Assembly (NCBI GenBank): GCA_024679065.1 | Contig: JAGIQG010000001.1 | Coordinates: forward strand, 108,748,001 to 108,812,000 | DNA length: 64,000 bases | Reading direction: 5' to 3' | Source: Sphyrna mokarran | Lineage: Eukaryota | Shown: one piece after another, positions 28,326 to 38,619 of the stretch | Position numbering within the stretch: the first letter of the stretch is position 1 | Layout of the letters: each line of letters starts with the position of its first letter | Program-made: the position numbers and the translations under genes | Notes under the pieces: model-generated | Told to the model about the DNA's origin: nothing | What the model saw: only the letters and a program-made list of their open reading frames with translations | Databases searched by the model: none

Positions 28326-31300
28326 ATTCCCTTCATCCCTTTGTCTTTTTCCTTCTTCCCATCAAGAAGTTTAGAATTTGCAGTGTCAAACACTGAAGAA
28401 TTTCATTCACTGTTCCTATTTAAATATCTTGTTACTGATGAATTTTTATGGATTATTTTTGTGCCCATGGTTCAGGGAAATTTCATCATTTCTGTACTGC
28501 ATCTGAATCGCAGTTGATGAATTAGTGGTCTTTTTTGTGTTACAAGTCTGAGCATATCTGAACAGGTCACGCATGACATGTTACAATATAGGTAACATAC
28601 AACATTTTTTTTAAGCACCTTTTTGACCTCCAAGCAACTCAAAACATTTTTCAGCCCATTAAATACTTTTGAAGTGTAGTTACTTTTGTAAAGTAGGGAA
28701 ACATAGCCACCAATAGGTACACAGACAAATATATGAATTAAGAGTGAGAGTAAGTCACTGAGCCCCTTGAGCCTGCTACACCAACACAGCAAGATTTTTT
28801 TATTCATTCATGGGACATGGTGTCGCTGGCTAAACATATATTTCCAAGTCAGGATGGTTAGTGACTGGAGAGGAACTTGCGGGTGGTGGTCTTTCAATAT
28901 ATCTACTGCCAATGTCTTTCGAGAAGAAAGTGGTCATGGATTTGGAAGGTGTCGTCTAAGAATCTTTGATGAATTGCTGCAGTGCATTTTGTAGATAATA
29001 CACACTGCTGCTACTGAGCGCCGATGATGGAGGGAGTGGACGTTTACAGATTTTGGTGCCAGTCAAGATCACAACCAGAGAATCTGTTTTAGTGATGTTT
29101 GTTGAGGATTAAATATTGGGCAGGTGAGCATGTAAAACTTCCTTATTCTTCTTCAAATAGTGCCATAGGAATTTTAGGCCCATCTGCAAAGGCAGATGGA
29201 GCTTCATTTTCATTCCTCATCTGAAACACTGCACCTCAGAGTGCAGCACTCCCTCAGTATTGCACTGAAGTGTCTGAAATGGAACTTCAATGTGTGACTT
29301 TCTAACTCCAGAGATGGGAGTGTTATCACTGAGCTTCAGCTAGCGTCTATTTAATCCATACTGCCAAATAAAAAACTTAGCAAACATCAATATAAACACA
29401 ATGTTGAAAGCTTAGGATTGTGCTTCAAATACAGTTACAGAAAATGATGAAAAGGTTAGAAAAGCAGGTTAAATTAAAAAAACAACTATTTTGATCAGTT
29501 TGGCACTTCAGTCTATAAAATGGGTAATAACAATTTTTTCTGAGCTGTCATTGTGTTGATGGCAGGAAATAATCTTGTGTCGTTCTATTTTGGTACTTTC
29601 CAGATGTTGCATCAATACATGATTTTGGGATGTTTTTCAGTCTGGATTGGAAACAGTTTTGTGAAACTAAAGGTTGATGATCATTGATTTGGTATGGAGT
29701 GTATGAGGAGACCTCAGAGATTGGCTGGGGAGAGGGGGGGAACAGATAAAACTTTTTGAACTTGCCTTTCAAAAGGTTTCTGAATCTAGACTATAGTTCA
29801 TTGATTCCTTTGAGGGTCCATGAACCATACATCATGGAGAAATTAGCTTGACTCCATGAAGATTGCAGAGTGTTACGAGATGCCCATGTTACAATGGAGC
29901 TGACCAGGTCAGGAGTGCAGAGCATAGGCTCACTAACCACACCGGAAAAATTGCCAGTGCTGGAAATATGAGCAGAAATCTGGGAAGCTGGAATTGTCAA
30001 GGCTCCACAAAAAAGCTGGCCCACAATATAATTTTCCTATATAATTTTATGTAGAGGATTATCATGGAATATGATGGGGTTGATCTTGGTTTTCCAAAGT
30101 GAGGCTAAATGGAGGTAAGTGGGTCAAGAGCAATGTCTTCCCAGAGGGTTTGGCAGAGCATCTTTATTATTTTCTGATTCCCCTCATTTAGGAAATTAGA
30201 CACAATTGTAAGGGCCTTTTTTAAAGGGCCTTCATCAGTTTAAAGGCAAGTTTTTTTGTGCGGCCAAAAAAGGGAAATAACATTTTGATGGTACAAGGTA
30301 AAGATTTTAGACACAGTTGAGGGATGCTGGTAAAGGGAAATCCTCCTCCCCTTGGATGATGAGTTGGTGAACAAGACATTCGGCACATATGAATGTGACC
30401 TGTTTCATCTCTAGTACCTGATGCAGTGCAGAGTGAAATGTTATGATCTTATCAAGACTGCCAGGTAAGACTCCCATTACATCTCTTGTTTTCTCTATCA
30501 GATCCTACTTTGGTCTTCTCTAACTTTTTTCGCATGATTTCCGCAGGTCAACAGGAAGACTTGTTGTGCTTCCTTTTTGCTTTTACCCTCAAAAGATTCT
30601 GTGGTTCCCAGAGCTGCTTTGCCCTCTTGGCCACACGTATTGCTTCTTCCTATCATTATTCACTCTGATCTGACTAATACACACAAGGGTTGAAAGCCCA
30701 ATGTCCAAAGCACATATTTACCGTCTTCTAGTCTTCTTGCTCACAATAGGGATAGATTGACAAAGGAGAAGATTCTATTAAACATTCTTCATTCCCTCTC
30801 CCCTCATGGAAGTGGGTGCCATTCACAAAAGAAGTTGTCCATCCATCAACACTAGAGATAGCAGGGCTAAAGGCCTATCATAGCAAAACTTATTGCTTTT
30901 ATATATTCGCTGGTTTGCTGCATATCTGAGATGTCTTATTTATCTCAGAACAATGTGTCGATGATACCAGGTCTTAATCAATAACAGATTTATTTATAGT
31001 ACTTTTAAAATATCTCAGTACTCACACTGTTATTTGAGTACAGATGGACTCAGCTCAGGTCTTACTGGAATTTTGTGTGTTGTTAATACTTAACTCTCTT
31101 GCTCCAGTCTTACACTTAAGCAATCAAGTATAATCACATAACTCAGAGAACTGACTAACATAATCAAACAAATTCAATCAAACTATTGGCATCTTTCTTC
31201 CCTCTTGGGTTTCTACTTTTTCAGTCACACTCTTGCCAAACTCCTGAAGTCCATAACTTGCTGTGGCATAGTGCTTTCCATTGAAACTACAATCTAACCA

Positions 31301-31656
31301 TTGTTCCTCTCCCTTTATTTCTGAGCCAATCATGTTATGTCCAAATTAATATTCAAGCTTGCACAGAATTATAATGATTGCTTTTACTTCAGATTCTAGG
31401 AGCATCTTTGCGTGGAGGTAATTAATAATCAGCAATGTGCACAGACCTGGAGTGTAATAACTTATTACTTTTTATGTTCAACTAATAAAATGTGCAACTA
31501 ATAACATTGTCGTTGCATTTTTGCATTGTAATTAACATTACAATGTTAATCAAATCAAAGGACATGGATGCTAGTGCCAAACAGGATGCAAATGAATACC
31601 TAGCTTATAGTGCACCTTGTGTTAATTTGCCCATGAACTACGCCAGAAACTGTGAT

Positions 31657-31877
31657 GTGGAGATGCTGGCTTTGAACTGGGGTGAGCACAGTAAGAAGTC
31701 TCACAACATCAGGTTAAAGTCCAACAGGTTTATTTGGTAGCATGAGCTTTTGGAGCACTGCCCCTTCATCAGGTGAGTCAACACGGTCACTCACCTGATG
31801 AAGGGGCAGTGCTCTGAAAGCTCGTGCTACCAAATAAATCTGTTGGACTTTAACCTAGTGCTGTGCGACTTCTTACT
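31657..31877. mobile_element. Palindromic Penelope-like terminal-repeat pair (89-bp inverted arms, 10-bp spacer), each arm with a hammerhead motif
   Basis: Arms 31690-31778 and 31789-31877 are reverse complements; the right arm contains CAC-CTGATGA-A-GGGGC-AGT-GCTCT-GAAA-GCTC-GTG. Confidence 0.8.
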
Positions 31878-31924
31878 TTTCACTAGAAATGGCAGCCTTT
31901 GTGAATTCGATAGTAAATCAGGAT

Positions 31925-32345
31925 ATAGAACATAGAACATAGAACATTACAGCACAGAACAAGCCCTTCGGCCNNNNNNNNNNNNNNNNNNNNNNNNNNN
32001 NNNNNNNNNNNNNNNNNNNNNNNNNNNNNNNNNNNNNNNNNNNNNNNNNNNNNNNNNNNNNNNNNNNNNNNNNTCTCCAATCTCTTCAGTCTCCACGCAC
32101 AACTTCCCACTGCTGTCTATGACTGGCGCTAATCTTATCCTAACCAATCTTCTATTCTTAACATATCTAAAGAAAGCTTTAGGATTCTCCTTAATCCTAT
32201 CAGCCAAAGTCTTCTCGTGTCTTCTCTTAGCTCTCCTCAATTCACTCTTTAGCTCCCTCCTGGCTAATCTATAGCTATCCATTGCACTAACCGAGCCTTC
32301 AAGCCTCATCCTGACATAAGCCTCCTTTTTCCTTTTAACCAGCAA
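31925..32345 (-). mobile_element. Young CR1 LINE spanning the assembly gap
   Basis: (TAGAACA)n tail left of the gap; ORF2 peptide ELRRAKRRHEKTLADRIKENPKAFFRYVKNRR to the right. Confidence 0.88.
31974..32073. other. Assembly gap (100 N, probably a placeholder of unknown length)
   Basis: Run of exactly 100 N. The flanking CR1 pieces imply the RT domain is missing, so the true gap is probably larger. Confidence 0.98.
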
Positions 32346-32536
32346 ATCAACTTATGATGCCAGAAATCTAAAACAAAAACAGAAAGTGCTAATAAATCAG
32401 CCAGTATGTGTGAAGGGAGAACTGACAAGTTAATATTTAAGGTGTGAACCCTTAATCAAAATTGACTTGCATTATGGATTCACCGAGCAAGTACAAAGGA
32501 GCAAAAGCAACCAAATAGCAAGGATGTGTCAACTGT

Positions 32537-32862
32537 TAGAATCTTAGAATCCCTACAGCGCAGAAGGAGGCCATTCCGCTCAGTAAGTCTGCATCAACTC
32601 TCTGACAGTGCATCTTACCCAAGCTGTATCTCCATAACCCCACATATTTACCTTACTAATACCCCTAACCTTGGGATACTAAGGAGCAATTTAACATGGC
32701 CAATCCACCTAACTTGTACAACTTTGTATTGAGGGAGGAAACCAGAGCACCCAGAGGAAATTTATGCAGACACGAGGTAGAATGTGCAAACTCTAAGCCT
32801 GGAATTAGGCCTGAATCCTTGGAGCAATTGGAGCAGTGCTACCGCTGTGCCACCGCACTGTC
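32537..32862 (-). mobile_element. HE1-like SINE
   Basis: Tail tagaatccctacagcgcagaaggaggcc, core, and decayed head. Confidence 0.8.
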
Positions 32863-35800
32863 CTCATGTCTCAGATTCACTGAAGATCTACAGAAAGAGA
32901 GGTTCAAAGAGGTGACAGAGAGGTTCAAACACATGTTACACATTATGGTTCAGTCCTGTGTCCAGTTGTGTTCTCATCTGTCACCTCAATACTCTGCAGT
33001 GAATACATATTTATCTCAGCACCTGTTGCAAGAAAGCCCACAGTCCCTATCCTCTGCTACAATTATAATTACTATTGTCTGTCAGAGATACTTATATTAG
33101 AGCCATACAGAATCTGGCTCTTCCTTCAACTCTGCCTGAGGCTGACTAGGAGATCAAATGAATTGAGGTTTTGCACAGATCAGTGATCTCCTAGAGTCAG
33201 CTCCCCTGTACCTCAAAAGGAATGCTGTGCTAGAAATTAAGGTCAATTGTATAGTGGGAGTGGTAAAGGAAGCAGTCTTTCTTAATGACAGCACTGTATA
33301 TTTTTGCAGCCCTCCTTTCTGAATAAATTTTCCATTCTGATGTCAGCAAACTGGGCCAGATTGCCTGAGCAGGGATCCAATTATTGCAGCCTAAATCTTC
33401 CCCTTTTAGGGTTGACCTCCAACAGATTGGCAATCACTAACTTTTTTAGGAGCCCTGGAAAGACCATGAAAACTTAGTCCTCTAATGATGTAGCCACTAA
33501 GAATCATCTTAAAATGTGTAAAAGAACTTTATTCAGTCCAAAAATTGTGCAGGCCTTAGTACAAATCATTCAACCCAGAATGGCATTTGAGACTAATCCT
33601 TTAGTGGCAGGTGACTTTGCAATGTTTGGTGACATAAATAGCAACTTTGAATATAATATTTGGTTTGTAGGTTGGAAAGTAGTAAGATAGCTGTTGGAAA
33701 TGACTGGAAAGCAGAGATCTTCAATGAGCTGCTGTCAGACAGATCTGGCTGGGGATAACTATTGAGACATATTCTGCTTCTTTACGATTTCCTAAGCCCT
33801 ACAACATTCTCATTCATTATCCAGCAAGTCACCCTCCAGTGGTAGCTCCATGCTGATGCCCTCATTGCAGAGCAGATACATGCAGCACATACTGAACAGA
33901 AGGGAGACGCCCTATGGACCACATTGGAGGAAGCCACTCCTCTTTCCTCTCTCCTCACTCTGCACTCTTCTCTCTGATCCTACAAAAATACCACAATATA
34001 TTCTGTTGTTGCTATGCTTGAAGGATATTGCTTGGACACCATGAAGCAGCCTTGTATTAAGTCACAAAGAAGTCTTTATTAACAATGCTGATCTATGTAC
34101 ATATTTACAGTAAGTATATTAGGTCCCCACACACTGTTACTTATCTCTAAATTGATTTCAGCTTTAAATCATGTGCCATTATCATGTAGGTAGCATTGTG
34201 TGCAATCTCTTGTTAACCCTTTATGTTCCAGATCATTCTGCCAAACTTTTCTCTCATTGCTCTTCTCTTCTACCTAAATTTCTGTGTGTTGATTCCAGTA
34301 ATCTTTTCCAGTTGACCCATAGATCTGACATGTGAAGTTCTGTTGCAGAGAGTGGTTTCCTAAGAGATGTCATCGAATAGTTGTGTAGCAAATGGCCCTC
34401 ATGTCCAAGTAACCAGGCTTCCTCTTGTGGTGTAATGGACAAAGAATGGGAATAGATATTGCTATTCTTTTGCTGTCATTGTGTCAAAATCTTGGAGCTC
34501 CCTACCTAACATCACTCCTCCCCTGTACCACAAAGACTACAACAGTTCAAGAAGCTGGCACAATGGCACTTTCTCAAGGACACTTAGGGAAATAAATTCT
34601 TTGAGCCTGAATTTCCCACATTCTGTGGATTAAAAATAAAATTGCTTCCTTGACATTTCTAAATGTTTTAATAGCTCTCTTGAAAGATTAAGCATAGCCT
34701 CCACTATGCAGAAGGGATATTCCCATTACCTGTTAGAATAGTTCACAGAGAAGAACCAGAAACTCTCAGATATCATGTAAAGTTAGCCTAGATTTTAAGT
34801 TTTACATTTGAATTTGGCATTAGTGAGCATAAGGTATTTCAGTCCTGGTATGATTCAAGTGACCCACTAAGAAGGTTTTATCAAACAAAATCTATTTAAG
34901 AAGACAGTTAGAATATACCTGCAAGAAATAGTATAACTTTTACAAATTACAAGATTTAGATATGACACAGTATTACTCCTAACAGCTAGTTACCTATGTT
35001 ATTCCAACGTAAATATACCACAGATACGTACCTTTGGAATTAGCACAAAAATGAGTATGCTCACATAATGTTCAACTTTTTAATACTTCTGGATATGAAC
35101 ATGACAGCCATTTTTGGAGAAGGATGTATCCTTCAAATAGTACAACTGCAAAGAAGTAAACTTAATAATAGGCAAATTCCAATACAGCAGCACCTAAACA
35201 GGAAAAGATACTGCTATTTCTCTTAATTTTAGGCTGCTTCTGAAAATGCAACTAAAAACTGGAATGCTTTGTGAAAATGGCTGTGATCAATCACATAATA
35301 ACCTGTCAATCACCCTCCAAGATCCACTTAGTAATCCCAGGGAGCATTAAAAACCACAGAACACTGCATTAGTTCAGATTAAAATCAACATGATTTCAGT
35401 TATACAGCTTTAGTAACAATAAAGGACATGGGCTGCAGACAACATGGTGCCGACAAAACATCCTGCAGAGAAACATTAAAATATATTTCTTAAAAGTACA
35501 TTACCATCATATATTGTACAGAAAAATCAACAACTATTGCATTTGCATCATGTTTGTTGGCTGGAATGTCACCACTCATTGAAAAGTGAATTTTCAAATG
35601 TGTCAACGGAAGGTCATCACACCAGAGGATTGATGTGATTGATTAGCTTGCCAGAGTAACTGAGTGTGCCTATGCACAAGTATTCTTTGATGCCGTTTTG
35701 TCCCTTAAATCAGAAACAGTCACCCAGAAAAATACACGTTTTGAAAGAATTGAACAGCGTTTTCTGTAACTTTCTCTTCTGGATGATGGCCTAGACCAGC

Positions 35801-36048
35801 TAAAGAAGGAAATCTCACACTGCTACCCTATGGAATATGATCGGCCAATATTTGGTGTCAATATAAAGCTGAAACTGTTTAGCACTATCACTAGTATGAA
35901 AACATGCTTTTGGCAGGAAATGCAACAGGAGCTCAATTTTTTCAAAAGTGGGCTCTGTACTGTGCATGTCCTTTATTAAAGAGGAAAGAATGTAGTCCTT
36001 AATGAAACTGTGTTCCCGGATTTTATGGCTCTACTGTTAATTTCTCAG

Positions 36049-36065
36049 CACAGGTGCAGCAGTGA
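36049..36065 (+). CDS. MAPK10: JNK3 terminal exon, short (p46-type) C-terminus AQVQQ* from the upstream acceptor
   Basis: tttctcag|CA CAG GTG CAG CAG TGA; the AG at 36047-36048 is 5 nt upstream of a second AG at 36052-36053, the classic JNK arrangement. Confidence 0.88.
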
Positions 36066-36193
36066 ATAGCAGCGAAAGCCTTCCTCCATCCTCATCAGTA
36101 AATGACATCTCATCTATGTCAACCGATCAGACCCTCGCGTCCGACACTGACAGCAGCCTGGAAACTTCAGCAGGACCACTTTGTTGCAGGTGA
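36054..36193 (+). CDS. MAPK10: JNK3 terminal exon, long (p54-type) C-terminus
   Basis: [46 protein letters not shown], near-identical to the human JNK3 alpha2 tail; stop TGA at 36191-36193. Confidence 0.96.
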
Positions 36194-36235
36194 CTAACCG
36201 TCTGCCTGCGGAGCCCCTTCTTCTTTAGAAAATGA
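36191..36235 (+). CDS. MAPK10: Putative stop-codon readthrough extension of JNK3 p54 (X-LTVCLRSPFFFRK*)
   Basis: TGA CTA ACC GTC TGC CTG CGG AGC CCC TTC TTC TTT AGA AAA TGA. The UGA-CUA context is readthrough-prone, and human MAPK10 is an established UGA-CUAG readthrough gene. Confidence 0.7.
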
Positions 36236-37075
36236 TGCAAGTACTAAAAACTCAGCGCACCTCTCTGGAAAAGAACTATTTAAAAAAGAACATGGAAGTA
36301 CTGATGCTAAAATATTATGTCAAAATGCTTTGCTTATACCTCATTCCAATGAAACTAACGCTCATTAAGAGTATTAGGCAGCATCATTTCACATGTAAAT
36401 ATGTGAGTATAAATAAGCTCCCTGTGGCACTTGCTTTGGCAACGCAAGGCGAGCAGGAAAGATGCAGCATTATAGTTAAAACTAAATGCACTTTCGTCTC
36501 CTTAAAGTTGCAATATATGTCCCTTCTTCCACTTATTATGTATTTGCTGACTATAAACACCTTGTAGAAATATAATCCTATAAATGGCCATATACATATT
36601 ACCTACCAAAAATCTCATGGAACCCATGTTCATGACAGTAACTATGAAAATGACAAACAATGCAATTCTATTAATCCTTTGAGCATTGAATTTCATTGTA
36701 GTTTAAAACACATAAAAAAATTAATTTGTAAGTCTAATTAAAGGGACATCCAAAAATACAAACCATTTCTGACCATGCGTAGACTATAAACTTAATGTTC
36801 CTTTTTTTGTTTCGAAACATTATGGCTTCCATGAACTGTTAAAGAGTTTATACTTTTTCTCTTTGGCCCAATTGGGCTGCAGTTTAAGTTTGCCAAATAC
36901 ATATAATTTACAAAAATCTTATTGTAGTTGACCAATTTTCATAAAACGTATCAATGTCTGTGGGCTGATGTTACGTTATAAATGGTAAGGTGGTGGCTAT
37001 GTTCTGTTATACTTTCTGTCATTTATACAAAACTAAATTGAACGCCCTTTTAATAAATTATGACAAGGCAACACA
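36236..37075 (+). other. MAPK10: Probable proximal MAPK10 3' UTR (true end unknown)
   Basis: AT-rich, repeat-free sequence after the stop; Pumilio-type TGTAAATA at 36394-36401; first AATAAA seen at 37052-37057, another at 38003-38008. Confidence 0.4.
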
Positions 37076-38619
37076 TGCCATACATTATGGCATGATTCTG
37101 TTCATTAGCTTTTGGACATGACAATGTGACATTATCACTCAAATAGAATTAAAATTGAGTAAGACGAGCAAACTCAGTTAGATTTACAATCTGACTTGAG
37201 AGATTCTGAAATTTCTGCTCATACATGCATTTGTATGCTATGTTTTGAGGTGGCAGGAACATCTGGCCAGTGAAGTAAAAGACATGCACATATAAAGCAA
37301 TCGCACATCTTGACATAATTGGCTGCAGTCTTTAGTTGCACTTGCCTGTAGTTGTGCATGATCAAACTTCCAAATATATTTAAAATGGAAGGAAAAATAT
37401 ACTTAGATATACTGTAGGCTATTATATGGTACATAATGTATGCAGCCAAGGACCTGAAAAGTTTGCTATATTCTTAAACTCCTTTAATGCTGAACCTGCA
37501 TGGACTCACAATATGTCTACTCTGCTCCCCAGCAAACATGGTGGAATTTTATGGACTCATTGCAGTAGGGGCAGAGCCAGAAAAGGTAGCGAGTAGTTTG
37601 AAAGTCCATTGACTTCACTGGGATCAGAAACTCCCACCACAGAGTTATTTTGAATTGCATTAACCAGAATCAAATTTATTAACTGCCCACTTGAAATTAC
37701 AATGAAAGTTGTAATTACTGGTGGGATGCAAAACATGAGAGACTAACATTCAAGAACATGACTAATGCAAACTCTACTAAAAAAGAGCATTGGGGTTTAA
37801 AACCACAATGAATTTATCTTAAATCAGAAGGTTCAAATTTAGGTTCAGATCAGGACTGAAATGACACAAGATGACATTGTGCAAGATTTGGTTGAGTTGC
37901 ATATTTGTGAAGAAGTAATTTTTGGGAAAAATGATTGATTCTCAAATGAAAATCAGAAAAATTGGTTACATGACTGGGTATCTAAAATCCTTGGAACATT
38001 TCAATAAATTATCAGTAAAAGAGTGCTTTCAAAATAGTAATTAGGATGTAGCAAAACTCTATTCGCTTCAAGATAAAAGTTATGGATAACGATAACTGAA
38101 ACTGAAAAGTAAGCACAAAGAGGACAGAAATGAATGTACTTGAGGGAATAACATGAATTCAGTGAAACATATATTCTGATATGAAACACAGTAAGCATTC
38201 CTATTCTCTGGCTTGTCGCAGTGAAACTGATTACTAAATGATCTGAAGCTGTTAATGGCACGAACCCCTGTTGGTGGTGAGGACATGTCAGAAAACTTAA
38301 GCTGCTGAGCCTCATTGAAATATCCTTATTTTGTCAAACTTCATCTCAAATTTCCCAACTTGAATGAGACTTCATCACCTGCAATGCACATGCACAATGC
38401 TTATGTATTCCCATAGATTTCAAGCTTGGCCTATGAAGTAGGTTTACAGGGAAGATAATGTCATACAGTTGTCAGGAATAATATTTGTTTTCTTCTTGTT
38501 TTTATTGCTCCATACCTTAATTGATTTTATGAGGTTGCCAGTCCACACTTCCAATTGTTTACTTTGCTAATACATTCCTTCCTATTATCTCACATTTCTG
38601 CAGCCATTTAAGTAACAAT

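Noticed and set aside
29600-31350. Possible highly decayed minus-strand LTR element
   Set aside because: No LTR pair or unambiguous gag/pol motif could be confirmed by eye.
35126-35133. Extra GTATCCTT U12-like donor (another at ~47990)
   Set aside because: No JNK-like exon or suitable acceptor upstream; expected by chance or from repeats.
36232-36567. 111-aa ORF just after the MAPK10 stops
   Set aside because: AT-rich UTR sequence with no recognisable homology, in a different frame from the readthrough extension.
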